Positions 19,640 to 31,555 of a stretch of 64,000 nucleotides of DNA are shown here, one piece after another. Both the position numbers and the translations under genes were made by a program. The stretch's first letter is position 1, and every line of letters starts with the position of its first letter. The notes under the pieces are model-generated. The model worked only from the letters and a program-made list of their open reading frames with translations, ran no database searches and was not told the DNA's origin. The stretch is from Desulfatiglandales bacterium (GTDB taxonomy: Bacteria; Desulfobacterota; DSM-4660; Desulfatiglandales; HGW-15). The DNA is taken from assembly GCA_963667015.2 (NCBI GenBank), contig CAXXJJ010000001.1, positions 1,536,001-1,600,000 of the forward strand, written 5' to 3'.

Positions 19640-20884
19640 ATGGATGCTCCTTTAATAGAATTCAGAGATGTTACCAAGCGGTTCGGAACGAGGACTGTCC
19701 TTGATCACGCAAATCTTAAGATCTATGAAGGTGAGGTCACAACTATTATAGGTCTCAGCGGTTCAGGCAAGAGTGTACTCCTCAAGCATATCATAGGGTT
19801 GCTCAGGCCGGATGAAGGGGACATTTATTTTCGGGGCAATTCAATAAACAGGATGAAAAAAAGCGAGACGAATACAAGCCTCGCCGAGATAAGCTACATG
19901 TTCCAGGACAACGCACTTTTTGATTCCATGACAGTATATGACAATATTGCACTTCCGCTGCAGGAAACAACGAACCTGGGTAAATCAGAAATCAACAGCA
20001 GGGTAATGGCCAGAATTGAACAGACAGAACTCAGAGATTCGGCAGATAAATATCCTTCCGAACTGTCGGGGGGAATGCAGAAACGTGCAGCACTGGCTCG
20101 TGCTCTTGTAACCGACCCACACATTGTGCTTTTTGATGAACCGACTTCCGGCCAGGACCCGGTCAGAAAAAACGCCATTCTGAGCATGATTGCACAGTAT
20201 CAGAAAAAATTCGGATTTACAGCCATTCTGGTGAGTCATGAAATCCCGGATGTGTACTTTATCTCAGACCGCATCCTTGCGCTTTATGATCGAAACATCG
20301 TTTTTCAGGGTACTCCGGAAGAGCTGGAAAATTTATCACACCCCTTCCAGAATGAAGTTATAAACAGCCTTGAAGGGCTGCAGGAAGAATTAACAGGCCT
20401 GTACTCAAAAAGACAGTTCAAGGTTCTCAATCACACTACGCTGAATCGGAGGGGGCCGGGAGAAACCTATACTGTTGTGGTCTTTAGGCTGGAAGAACTG
20501 AATGCCATCATAACCAATTTAGGTTACGAAGCGGCACAGGAGGCCATTCGGAAAATGGGGGTATATATAGAAAAGAACTTTAGTGTCATAGGGGGTTTTT
20601 CCACACGCCTCAGTACCAATGAATTTGTTACGGTTCTCCCCTACTCGGATAAATCTGAAGCAGAAAGTATCCTGAAGGATTTTATCAATGATTTTGAAGA
20701 GCAGGGGATTAAAGAAATATGGGAGGGAGCCCGCTCGCAACGTGACTCAGAGCTGTGTGTCGAATTTGTCATTATGGCCGGGGTTGCCCAGGGTCAACCT
20801 GTCGCGGAAGTAGATACAGTAATAGAGTCGGCAAAACAGCAGCAAAAAGAAATTGCCCGTCTTCGGTGCGACGGGGGGAGGTAA
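19640..20884 (+). CDS. mlaF: MlaF-family ABC ATPase fused to a degenerate GGDEF-like domain
   Basis: GLSGSGKS, LSGGM, VLFDEPT; C-terminal ELTGLYSKR...NLGYEAAQEAI...RLSTNEF. Confidence 0.85.
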   Translation: MDAPLIEFRDVTKRFGTRTVLDHANLKIYEGEVTTIIGLSGSGKSVLLKHIIGLLRPDEGDIYFRGNSINRMKKSETNTSLAEISYMFQDNALFDSMTVYDNIALPLQETTNLGKSEINSRVMARIEQTELRDSADKYPSELSGGMQKRAALARALVTDPHIVLFDEPTSGQDPVRKNAILSMIAQYQKKFGFTAILVSHEIPDVYFISDRILALYDRNIVFQGTPEELENLSHPFQNEVINSLEGLQEELTGLYSKRQFKVLNHTTLNRRGPGETYTVVVFRLEELNAIITNLGYEAAQEAIRKMGVYIEKNFSVIGGFSTRLSTNEFVTVLPYSDKSEAESILKDFINDFEEQGIKEIWEGARSQRDSELCVEFVIMAGVAQGQPVAEVDTVIESAKQQQKEIARLRCDGGR

Positions 20885-20887
20885 AGG

Positions 20888-21340
20888 ATGCAGAAGTATA
20901 CCATGGAAACAACGGTCGGTATCTTTCTCGTTATCGGGTTGATCCTAATCGGTTATATGACAGTGAACCTCGGCCATGTCTCTTTTCTGGGAGATGACTC
21001 CTACCCTCTTTCCGCCCGTTTCACCACGGTCAGCGGTCTGAGAAAAGGCAGCCCGGTTTTAATGTTAGGCCTTGAGGTTGGAAAGGTGGGCAAGCTCACC
21101 ATGGACCAGGAAAACCAGAGAGCAGCGGTAGAAGTGCGGATACAAAATGGCATAAAGATTTATGACGATGCCATTGTCTCTATAAAAACGGAAGGGTTGA
21201 TTGGAGGAATGTATCTCAGTATTGAACCGGGAGGGGCAGGAAAACTTCTTAATCCCGGAGAAACTATTACCGAAACGCAACCGGCTGTAGATATAGTAGA
21301 TCTCATCAGCAGGTATGCTTTTGGGGATCTGAATAAATAA
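20888..21340 (+). CDS. mlaD: MlaD/MCE protein
   Basis: ETTVGIF, F..VSGL..GSPV..GLEVGKV, IKTEGLIG. Confidence 0.95.
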   Translation: MQKYTMETTVGIFLVIGLILIGYMTVNLGHVSFLGDDSYPLSARFTTVSGLRKGSPVLMLGLEVGKVGKLTMDQENQRAAVEVRIQNGIKIYDDAIVSIKTEGLIGGMYLSIEPGGAGKLLNPGETITETQPAVDIVDLISRYAFGDLNK

Positions 21341-21369
21341 ACGCATCAGAAAGTTAAAAGAGGGAATCT

Positions 21370-21963
21370 ATGAAAAAACGAATCGCAGTATTAAATATCA
21401 TCATATTCCTGTTTTTTTCTCTTCCGGCATATGCAGGATTGCCGATGGACACGGTCCAGACCAGTCTTAATAAAGTGCTTGAGATTCTGGGCGATCCGGA
21501 ACTCAAAGCTACGGCGGCTGAAGAGATTAAGAGGGATAAACTCAGGCGCGTCTATGAACATATGTTTAATGATGTCGAAATTTCAAAGCGCGCTCTGGCC
21601 AGGCACTGGAACAGCATTAATACCACCCAGAGACAGGAGTTCGTTCAGCTTTTTCGACAGTTAATCGAAAGGACATACATCGACCATATCCTTTCTTACA
21701 GCAACGAGAAGATCGTTTTTGACAGAGAAACTCTTGTCTCGGCAAACAAGGCTGAGGTTCAAACGAGAATCGTCACCTCATCAAAGGAGACTCCTGTTTT
21801 CTACAGGATGATTATAAATGACGGTGAGTGGAAAGTATATGATGTCGTTATAGAGAACGTGAGTATGGTTCTTAATTATCGCAGTCAGTTTAATGATATT
21901 CTGGCAAAAAATACCTTCGAACAGTTGTTTGAAATCCTGCGGGAGAAAGTGAATACCAATTAA
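21370..21963 (+). CDS. mlaC: MlaC/Ttg2D periplasmic lipid-binding protein
   Basis: Signal peptide; WKVYDVVIENVSMVLNYRSQF. Confidence 0.95.
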   Translation: MKKRIAVLNIIIFLFFSLPAYAGLPMDTVQTSLNKVLEILGDPELKATAAEEIKRDKLRRVYEHMFNDVEISKRALARHWNSINTTQRQEFVQLFRQLIERTYIDHILSYSNEKIVFDRETLVSANKAEVQTRIVTSSKETPVFYRMIINDGEWKVYDVVIENVSMVLNYRSQFNDILAKNTFEQLFEILREKVNTN

Positions 21964-21985
21964 CAATTTAAATCGGAGAATAAAA

Positions 21986-23681
<1,696 letters not shown>

Positions 23682-23878
23682 TTAATGACAGGATATCATG
23701 ATTTCACACTGAGATATGTCAGGGAGAGCTGATGGATGATGTATCACTTCTAACAGATGAGGCAGCGTTTTTTTAGAACCGGGGATTCTCAAAGGACATG
23801 ATGGCTGAATCTGTTCCGGAGAAAGAATTATCTGTTAAGACCTGCCAGAACCAGTTCTCTTCATAAAAGGAATTTTCT

Positions 23879-24673
23879 GTGAAAGAAAAACCGACCTATA
23901 AAGAAATGGAACAGGGCCTTAAGAATTTAAAGGAGGAAGCCATCGATCAAATGCAGATTGAGGAGGCCTTAAAAGAAAGTTCTGAAAGAATTAAGTTCTT
24001 TGCCTATTCAATATCGCACGATCTCAAGAGTCCGGCCATAGGCCTCTATGGCCTTACAAAACGGCTGCAAAAAGATTATGCGGATATTCTTGATGAAAAA
24101 GGTCAGAGGTACTGCGATCAGATATTGAAAATCTCCGGGCAGATTGTCGAACTGGTTGAACAGATCAATGTTTTCATTTTAACAAAGGAAGCGCCTTTGG
24201 ATATTGAAAAATTATCGTTAAAGGAAATACTTCTGCTGGTAAGAGAAGAGTTCTCGGCTCAAATCAGTCTTCGGGGAATAAAATGGTCGGAACCTGACTG
24301 TTTCCCTGAAATCGAGGCAGATAGGTTGTGCATCATAAGGGCCTTCAGGAACCTTGTGGACAATGCAATAAAATATGGCAGTGAAACATTAAGTGAAATT
24401 GATATCCGGTATAGTTCGTCTGATATCTCCCACATCCTTTCTGTCAGGGATAATGGCATCGGCTTGAGAGGAGAGGATTCGAGCGTTGATATTTTTTCCC
24501 CTTTCATACGAAAAAAAACATCCATGGGTATTCAGGGATCAGGCCTGGGTCTGAATATTCTAAGGGAGATAGCAGATAAACATGGAGGAGAAGTATGGCT
24601 TGAGCCAGGCCTGGAGAAAGGAATAACATTCTATTTATCAATTCCAAAGAGCCATCATTCAGGGACAAAATGA
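23879..24673 (+). CDS. cytoplasmic histidine kinase without evident sensor domain
   Basis: FAYSISHDLKSP, NLVDNAIKY, DNGIG, GSGLGL. Confidence 0.9.
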   Translation: MKEKPTYKEMEQGLKNLKEEAIDQMQIEEALKESSERIKFFAYSISHDLKSPAIGLYGLTKRLQKDYADILDEKGQRYCDQILKISGQIVELVEQINVFILTKEAPLDIEKLSLKEILLLVREEFSAQISLRGIKWSEPDCFPEIEADRLCIIRAFRNLVDNAIKYGSETLSEIDIRYSSSDISHILSVRDNGIGLRGEDSSVDIFSPFIRKKTSMGIQGSGLGLNILREIADKHGGEVWLEPGLEKGITFYLSIPKSHHSGTK

Positions 24674-25278
24674 TCGAAATGAAAGTGATTGATGCGGGTG
24701 GCAAAATGAATGCCATGGTACTTGCAAAAGAGAAAAAACAGCAAAACATCCTGGATATGGCGATTGGTTATACTGCCATGATGCCATTACTCCAGGAAAG
24801 TTCAGTCGATCTTATCAAAGAAAAACTGACAGATCTGTTTGAAGCTCTTAAAAGTGTAAGGTCGGATCAGGACTTCAGTAAGATACACAGCGACTTCTGC
24901 CAGTGGTTTGTTAAGACTGTCAGGTTGGCGAAGAGCATGGAACATATGGGGTATGGTCATGCTGCAAAGGTTCTCGATCTTGCTCTCAAGGTCTACGTTT
25001 ACTACTGCAGGATGCCGGGCCCAGCAAAGGCCAAGTCCCTGATGCCAAGGTTAAACGGGATCATCGACACATCAATTCTTCGCAGTCTGTTTAAGAAGCT
25101 CGATGATATTTACAGGGAATTCTACCCTCCACATTATTTTTGGACCATTACGATGATAGCCAAAGAAGATTATGATTTATTGCAGAGGGTCATTCGTCAG
25201 GATATCAGAGTCTCCTTTGATAATAATATACTGCCTGTTCAATATGACGACATCATAGGCCGACACCTGGACCTGTGA
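24670..25278 (+). CDS. hypothetical protein
   Basis: 202-aa ORF with ATGA overlap to the kinase; contains YGHAAKVLDLALK. Confidence 0.7.
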   Translation: MIEMKVIDAGGKMNAMVLAKEKKQQNILDMAIGYTAMMPLLQESSVDLIKEKLTDLFEALKSVRSDQDFSKIHSDFCQWFVKTVRLAKSMEHMGYGHAAKVLDLALKVYVYYCRMPGPAKAKSLMPRLNGIIDTSILRSLFKKLDDIYREFYPPHYFWTITMIAKEDYDLLQRVIRQDIRVSFDNNILPVQYDDIIGRHLDL

Positions 25279-25368
25279 AGCAATTGTACAGGAGACTGCA
25301 CCGATCGTTTGCTCCAGTATGAATTCAACAATGCAATCCCTGCAAACAGGATTGCAGATCATTTAAAA

Positions 25369-25515
25369 GGTCATATATGGCCACTGGCTAATTATGACCC
25401 TTTTCCGAATAACCGCTACCGGTAATACTGAAAATAATTTTGCGCTGATTTTGTTTAAATATCAAGGGGATGCCGGTGTTGTGCCAGGGATTTAAACCGT
25501 GGCACATTAATTGAA
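25369..25515 (+). promoter_or_regulatory. sigma54 promoter cassette P3
   Basis: GGTCATATATGGCC (25369-25382) + GGCTAATTATGACC (25386-25399); IHF-like TATCAAGGGGATG (25460-25472); TGGCAC-ATTAA-TTGAA (25500-25515). Confidence 0.8.
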
Positions 25516-25594
25516 CTTAAATACCTGTGTAACTCGAAAACTATTATTCTATAAGCAAATTATTAATTCGAACGGAAAGGACGGAAGGACAGCT

Positions 25595-27058
25595 ATGAGG
25601 CTATATCTAATCAATCCATCCAACCCTCTTGTAAGTATTGTCAAAGTCAAAGAGAGTTACTGGAACCGTTACCGTGTCTGGAAGCCGCTCAGCCTTATGG
25701 TTCTTGCGGGTCTTACCCCGGCGGATTGGGAAGTCTCAATCGTAGACGAGAATTTAGGTACTCCGGATTATCCGGCTATGCCTCGACCGGACCTCGTGGG
25801 TATTACTGCTTTTACCTCTCAGGCGAACAGGGCCTATGAAGTAGCTGCTTATTTTCGGAGTCTGGGTGTACCTGTCATCATGGGGGGGATTCACGCAACC
25901 ATGTGCCGTGAAGAGGTTCTGGAACGCGTGGACTCAGTTGTTACAGGAGAGGCTGAAAGTGTATGGACTCAGGTTCTGGCAGATGTCCGAAACGGTTGTC
26001 TGAAGCGCCGTTATGAGGGAGGACTTGCTGATATAAAAAATATCTCCTTTGCCAGGCATGATTTATTGCCGCCTGAATATGCATTTGGAGCCATACAGAC
26101 CACGCGCGGCTGCCCATTGAATTGCAATTTCTGCAGTGTAACAGCCTTTAACGGAGCCCACTACCGCCAGCGTCCCATTTCGGATGTGGTGGAGGAATTC
26201 CAGCTTATCAATGAAAAACGTGTGCTGGTCGTGGATGACAACCTGATCGGAACGAGCCGTAAACATATTGAACGGGCTAAAGAATTGTTCCGGAGCATGA
26301 TACATGCGAACCTTAAAAAGGAGTGGGTGGCTCAGGCCAGTATTAATTTTGCCGATGACGAGGAACTCCTGAGCCTTGCGGCAAAGGCGGGCTGCAGAGG
26401 AGTTTTTATCGGTTTTGAAACCCCCTCTGCTCAAGGATTAAAGGAACTTGGAAAGAAATACAATATAAGTGAAAATCGTGATTTCAGCGCTTCAGTTCAG
26501 CGCATTCAGCATCATCATATACTTGTTGTGGGCTCCTTTATTATAGGTCTGGACGTTGATAAATCTGGTATCGGCAAGCAGATCGCAAATGTCGCAAATC
26601 AGTATGGTATTGACTGCCTCAATACGCTCTTTCTCACACCTCTGCCAGGCACACGCCTCTGGGAACAAATGAAATCCGAGGGCCGCATTTTACTCAACAG
26701 GTTTCCTGATGACTGGAAATATTACACACTGACTTTTCCGGCAGCAGTTTATAAACAATTGTCTGTTGAGCGCATAATCCATGAAATGATCACGTGTGAC
26801 CATGATTTTTATTCCATACCGCAGATATTACGCAGGATGTGGAAAAGTATATGGCAGCGTCGTGAACCATTTATCAGTCTGGTGAGTAATTTATCATACA
26901 GGCACAATCTCCGGTTAAACCGCAAGGTTTATGCCGCTTTTATTTTATATATAAAAAGCCGGGGGTTGAGAGGAGGCCGCAGTAATGTCATTCAAATTAA
27001 AATTGAAAACAAAAATGGGGCTCGACAGTCTTATAAAAAAGCTCCTTTCCGCAATTAA
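25595..27058 (+). CDS. B12-binding radical SAM protein
   Basis: PLSL..LAGLTP, GGIHAT, RGCPLNCNFC, VDDN, TPLPGT. Start moved to ATG 25595 because the ORF-track start overlaps the promoter. Confidence 0.9.
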   Translation: MRLYLINPSNPLVSIVKVKESYWNRYRVWKPLSLMVLAGLTPADWEVSIVDENLGTPDYPAMPRPDLVGITAFTSQANRAYEVAAYFRSLGVPVIMGGIHATMCREEVLERVDSVVTGEAESVWTQVLADVRNGCLKRRYEGGLADIKNISFARHDLLPPEYAFGAIQTTRGCPLNCNFCSVTAFNGAHYRQRPISDVVEEFQLINEKRVLVVDDNLIGTSRKHIERAKELFRSMIHANLKKEWVAQASINFADDEELLSLAAKAGCRGVFIGFETPSAQGLKELGKKYNISENRDFSASVQRIQHHHILVVGSFIIGLDVDKSGIGKQIANVANQYGIDCLNTLFLTPLPGTRLWEQMKSEGRILLNRFPDDWKYYTLTFPAAVYKQLSVERIIHEMITCDHDFYSIPQILRRMWKSIWQRREPFISLVSNLSYRHNLRLNRKVYAAFILYIKSRGLRGGRSNVIQIKIENKNGARQSYKKAPFRN

Positions 27059-27779
27059 AGATAAACACGGAAACCATAGGCTGGATAAGAGACTTGCCAG
27101 AGAGCTTCTCGACATGACCGGGTTTAAAAAAAAGAAGGTCAGAGATCTGGACCTGTATATTCTGCCTCACGAAGGTGAACTTATGGAGATTGCGGTTTTA
27201 GGAAATGAGCTGACAATCTATCGTACTACCCTGGAAGATATAGCTATGCGTAAAAGCCCACAATGGCGGGAAGTATTCAGTATCAGCAATATAAGAAAAA
27301 TAATGAATGATAAGGATATAATTGAAAGTAAATGCAGGGAATCGCTTGAAAGGTTATATGCAGATGCACTGGGGCTCCTGGATCTTAGTTATACAAAGGA
27401 TGATATATCACTGCTTCTGGATGATGCACGCAGCGGTCTCGAACAGAAATCCATTATTAGGATACAGGAATCGCTGGACCTCTTTATCGGTCTGCTGGAT
27501 TTTAAGGAAGTATCTTTCGGCGGGCTTACTAAGGATTTGCATCTGTATGCCGGAATAAAATTTAACGGGGGTGCTGTTCCTACTTATAAACCCACCATTC
27601 TATTTGATGAAAACAAAATGTACCTTGGCATGAAGAAAAAGGCCTATAAACCACGGAGTGAAGACGACCTTGCCTGGTTTGTAAAACATACCATGAAAAA
27701 AGAAGAAGCAGATCTCAAGGGCCTTGATGTTTTTAAATTTCTGTCTGAACTGGCGCTGGAAAAAGCTCTGGTTTCTTGA
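26985..27779 (+). CDS. hypothetical protein
   Basis: 264-aa ORF with GGAGG RBS, overlapping the 3' end of the radical SAM gene. Confidence 0.7.
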   Translation: MSFKLKLKTKMGLDSLIKKLLSAIKDKHGNHRLDKRLARELLDMTGFKKKKVRDLDLYILPHEGELMEIAVLGNELTIYRTTLEDIAMRKSPQWREVFSISNIRKIMNDKDIIESKCRESLERLYADALGLLDLSYTKDDISLLLDDARSGLEQKSIIRIQESLDLFIGLLDFKEVSFGGLTKDLHLYAGIKFNGGAVPTYKPTILFDENKMYLGMKKKAYKPRSEDDLAWFVKHTMKKEEADLKGLDVFKFLSELALEKALVS

Positions 27780-27829
27780 ATGGGTTTTTTACCGGATAAA
27801 ATAATCGCCTAAAACTAAAAGAGGATATT

Positions 27830-27955
27830 ATGGGAGACAAAGGGAAAAAAGATAAAGGCAAACTTGAAGAACAGAAAAAGGGTAAGCAGACACTCAAGGA
27901 GAAGCGAAAACAGAAAAAAGACAGTACCAAAACAATTTGGGAAAATGATAAATAA
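27830..27955 (+). CDS. small Lys-rich protein (41 aa); absent from ORF track
   Basis: GAGGA RBS; MGDKGKKDKGKLEEQKKGKQTLKEKRKQKKDSTKTIWENDK. Confidence 0.65.
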   Translation: MGDKGKKDKGKLEEQKKGKQTLKEKRKQKKDSTKTIWENDK

Positions 27956-27979
27956 ATCCAGGAACGAAAGGCAGTAATC

Positions 27980-30286
27980 GTGGCGGTAGTCAGTAAATAT
28001 TATGAGGGAATCAGCTCAGTAACAGTATTGGGCAATTATCTGCCCCGGCAGTGCGGTATAGCGACTTTTACTACTGATCTGGTTGAGGGTCTGTCAGCGG
28101 AAGCACCTGATATTAACTGCGGGGTAGTGGCCATGAATGACAGACCTGAAGGGTATGCGTATCCCGAAAAGGTGCGTTTTGAAATCAATCAGAATAAACT
28201 GAGTGATTACAGCATCGCATCCAAATTTCTCAATATCAGCCAGACGGACATTGTATGTGTTCAGCATGAATACGGTCTTTTCGGAGGTCCGGCAGGCAGT
28301 CATCTTCTCAAACTCCTTGGTGATCTGCGAATGCCCATAGTTACGACACTTCATACTATCCTGAAAGATCCGGCTCCGGAATATCGTGATGTTATGTGCA
28401 GGCTGGCCGATATTTCGGACAAGCTGATTGTAATGAGCCATAAGGCTTCTGATTTTCTTAAAGATATCTATGCTGTGCCGGAGGAGAAAATAGCTTTTAT
28501 TCATCATGGCATTCCTGACACGCCCTTTATTGATCCAAGTTTCTATAAAGACAAGTTCGGCGTGGAAGGGAAAAAAGTGCTGCTCACCTTCGGCCTGCTT
28601 TCTCCGAACAAGGGGATTGAAAATGTATTGCAATCACTGCCGGGTGTTATTGAACGACATCCTGATATTGTCTATATAATACTGGGCGCGACCCACCCGA
28701 ATATTCTCAAATTCCATGGTGATTCATACCGCATTATGCTACAGCAGCTGGTACTCAAGCTTGATATCAGCAAACATGTCATTTTTCAAAATCGATTTGT
28801 CGAGCTGAGAGAATTGTGTGAATTTTTAGGTATCGCCGATATCTATGTGACTCCATACCTTGAGGAAGCCCAGATTACATCAGGGACCCTTGCCTATGCC
28901 ATGGGTACAGGCAAAGCAGTCATTTCAACACCATACTGGTATGCCACGGAAATGCTTGCCGAAGGTAGGGGCCGGATTGTTCCGTTTCAAGATCCCGGTG
29001 CAATAGCGGATCAGATTAACGACCTTCTGGATAACGATATTGAACGGCATGCCATGCGCAAAAAAGCATATACATTCAGCCGTGAGGCCGTCTGGAAGGA
29101 GGTGTCCAGAAAGTACCTCCAGGTATTCAGTGAAGCGCGACAGAACCGTACCCTGAATCCCCGCCCCCGGCATTCATATATTAAGAATATTAAGATTATT
29201 ACTGATTTTGAACTTCCTGAAATCAAGATTAACCACCTGAAGACCATTACAGATGACACCGGTATCCTTCAGCACTCCAACTATACGATACCGGACCGCA
29301 CCCATGGTTACTGCACTGATGATAACGCGAGGGCGATGCTGGTAGCGGCCATGGGGCAAAAATATCTGCCCACAAACGGTTTTGGGCTTGATTTTCTCAG
29401 CGGTCATTATCTGGGATTTCTGCTCTACGCCTTTAATGATGAAAATGGTCGATTTCGCAATTTTATGACCTACTCGCGGCGATGGATGGAGGAGATAGGG
29501 TCCGAGGACGCCCATGGAAGAGCGCTGTGGTGCATTGGTAAATCCGTGGCCTTTCTTGACAATCCGGGACATCTCGCAATGTGTACGACCCTTTTTAACA
29601 AGGCATTGCGGGCCGTTGAGCATTTTCGATCACCCCGGGGGATAGCCTTTTCGCTGGTAGGGATACATGCTTATCTGTCAAAGTTTTCCGGTGACAGCGA
29701 CAGCCGGAGGATTCGGGAACTCCTTGCCAACCGGCTTTTTGACCAGTTTAAAACCAATTCAACAGAGGAATGGCCCTGGCTTGAAAATGCCCTTAACTAT
29801 GCCAACGGTAAACTGCCCCACGCCCTTCTGATGTCCGGACAGTGGATGCAGCGAAACGATATGATCGATATGGGGCTCCATTCTCTCAAATGGCTGCTCT
29901 CCATCCAGACCGAAGATGGTCACTTTGTGCCCATAGGCAATAAGGGCTGGTATGAAAAAAGCGGAGAAAGAGCTCGTTTTGACCAGCAGCCGATCGAGTC
30001 CAATGCAATGATTGAGGCATGTGTCCAGGCCTTTAATATCACCGGGGATAAAACCTGGATTGAAAGTGCTGTCATGTGCTTTAACTGGTTTCTTGGAAAT
30101 AATGACCTGAATATGGCGCTGTATGATGCCAAGACAGGAGGCTGCCGTGACGGGTTGATGGCTGACGGTGTTAACCAGAATGAGGGCGCTGAGTCGACCC
30201 TTGCCTGGCTTCTCTCACTTATGACACTGCAAAAACTCTATGCTGATGAGATATTAAATAGGCCATTGTCACGAAAAACCGATTAG
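27980..30286 (+). CDS. GT4 glycosyltransferase fused to a C-terminal (alpha/alpha)-barrel glycosidase-like domain
   Basis: PRQCGIATF, QHEYG, TFGLLSPNKG, SGTLAYA; C-terminal TDDTGILQH, GYCTDDNARA, FDQQPIE, NEGAES. Confidence 0.9.
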   Translation: MAVVSKYYEGISSVTVLGNYLPRQCGIATFTTDLVEGLSAEAPDINCGVVAMNDRPEGYAYPEKVRFEINQNKLSDYSIASKFLNISQTDIVCVQHEYGLFGGPAGSHLLKLLGDLRMPIVTTLHTILKDPAPEYRDVMCRLADISDKLIVMSHKASDFLKDIYAVPEEKIAFIHHGIPDTPFIDPSFYKDKFGVEGKKVLLTFGLLSPNKGIENVLQSLPGVIERHPDIVYIILGATHPNILKFHGDSYRIMLQQLVLKLDISKHVIFQNRFVELRELCEFLGIADIYVTPYLEEAQITSGTLAYAMGTGKAVISTPYWYATEMLAEGRGRIVPFQDPGAIADQINDLLDNDIERHAMRKKAYTFSREAVWKEVSRKYLQVFSEARQNRTLNPRPRHSYIKNIKIITDFELPEIKINHLKTITDDTGILQHSNYTIPDRTHGYCTDDNARAMLVAAMGQKYLPTNGFGLDFLSGHYLGFLLYAFNDENGRFRNFMTYSRRWMEEIGSEDAHGRALWCIGKSVAFLDNPGHLAMCTTLFNKALRAVEHFRSPRGIAFSLVGIHAYLSKFSGDSDSRRIRELLANRLFDQFKTNSTEEWPWLENALNYANGKLPHALLMSGQWMQRNDMIDMGLHSLKWLLSIQTEDGHFVPIGNKGWYEKSGERARFDQQPIESNAMIEACVQAFNITGDKTWIESAVMCFNWFLGNNDLNMALYDAKTGGCRDGLMADGVNQNEGAESTLAWLLSLMTLQKLYADEILNRPLSRKTD

Positions 30287-30300
30287 GGAAAGGAACGTTC

Positions 30301-31326
30301 ATGAAAATTGCCATGCTCTCACCTGTTGCCTGGCGCACACCGCCAAGACATTACGGGCCATGGGAAAATGTGGCATCTCTTTTAACCGAGGGGCTGGTAG
30401 CAGCCGGACAGGATGTAACCCTGTTCGCAACCGCGGAATCACAAACGAGTGCCAAACTGCAAGCGGTTTGCCCCAAAGGGTATGAAGAAGATCAGAGCAT
30501 AATCCCGAAGGTATGGGAATGCCTTCATATTTCGGAGCTGTTTGACCATGCCGGAGAATTCGACATTATCCACAACCATTTTGATTTTCTGCCTCTGACC
30601 TATAGCGGACTGACCACTACCCCGGTAGTTACCACCATTCATGGCTTCTCATCGCCTGGAATTTTACCGGTTTACAGAAAGTACAACAAAAAGTCTTTTT
30701 ATGTCTCCATCAGCAATGCCGATCGTGCACCTGATCTTGACTATATCAAAACAATCCATCATGGCATCGATATAAGTCAGTTTGATTTTCAGCCCAGACC
30801 GGATGACTATTTGCTGTTTTTTGGACGTTTTCACCATGACAAGGGTGCGAGAGAGGCCATTGAGATTGCACGTATGTGCGGGCGAAAGCTTGTAATGGCA
30901 GGGATAATTCAGGATATGGACTATTTCGAAAAATATATAAAACCGTTTATCGATAATCGTCAGGTTATATATGCAGGCAGCGCAGGCCCTGAAAAACGAA
31001 ATCATCTTATGGGCAAGGCCGCTGCACTTTTGCATCCGATCAACTTCAACGAACCTTTTGGTTTGTCAGTTATTGAAGCCATGGCATGCGGTACACCCGT
31101 TATAGCGATCAGCCGAGGCAGTATGCCCGAACTTATTGAGGACGGTCGGAACGGTTTTCTGATTTTCAATAATGACGAGGCAGCCGGAGCGGTCGATCGA
31201 GTTAAAGAACTTGACCGGTCAGATTGCCGAAAAACAGTGGAAGACCATTTTACTGTTGACCGTATGGTCACTGAATATATACAGGTCTATAAAATGATAA
31301 TAAGGTCAAATATGACCATTGTTTAA
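30301..31326 (+). CDS. GT4 glycosyltransferase
   Basis: PPRHYGPWE, KG, EPFGLSVIEAMACGTPV. Confidence 0.95.
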   Translation: MKIAMLSPVAWRTPPRHYGPWENVASLLTEGLVAAGQDVTLFATAESQTSAKLQAVCPKGYEEDQSIIPKVWECLHISELFDHAGEFDIIHNHFDFLPLTYSGLTTTPVVTTIHGFSSPGILPVYRKYNKKSFYVSISNADRAPDLDYIKTIHHGIDISQFDFQPRPDDYLLFFGRFHHDKGAREAIEIARMCGRKLVMAGIIQDMDYFEKYIKPFIDNRQVIYAGSAGPEKRNHLMGKAAALLHPINFNEPFGLSVIEAMACGTPVIAISRGSMPELIEDGRNGFLIFNNDEAAGAVDRVKELDRSDCRKTVEDHFTVDRMVTEYIQVYKMIIRSNMTIV

Positions 31327-31449
31327 ATATGACATTATTTTTCGATGATCTGCACTTGTCCTGCCAGTACTGTTTCAGCCAATTATGAATATAAATCAGG
31401 ATGATGGAGAACAAATTCAAGAATTTGAATTTCTGGCATCACTCTTGCT
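31304..31449 (+). promoter_or_regulatory. sigma54 promoter cassette P4
   Basis: GGTCAAATATGACC (31304-31317) + GTTTAAATATGACA (31321-31334); IHF-like AATCAGGATGATG (31394-31406); TGGCAT-CACTC-TTGCT (31434-31449, canonical -12 GC). Confidence 0.8.
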
Positions 31450-31555
31450 CTATATTGTAGATGAAGCATATGAAGTTTTCAGTTTTCATGTGGTGAGGGT
31501 ATTTGCACCCAGGCGATAGCGACCGCATGTTCGCTGTTAAATCGGAGAATTGATT

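Noticed and set aside
23684..23860. Possible receiver-domain fragment (MTGY...) before the kinase
   Set aside because: Too short and interrupted by stops to support a call.
25511..25594. ORF-track N-terminal extension of the second radical SAM protein
   Set aside because: The TTG start lies inside the sigma54 -12 element; ATG 25595 has an RBS and a family-like N-terminus.
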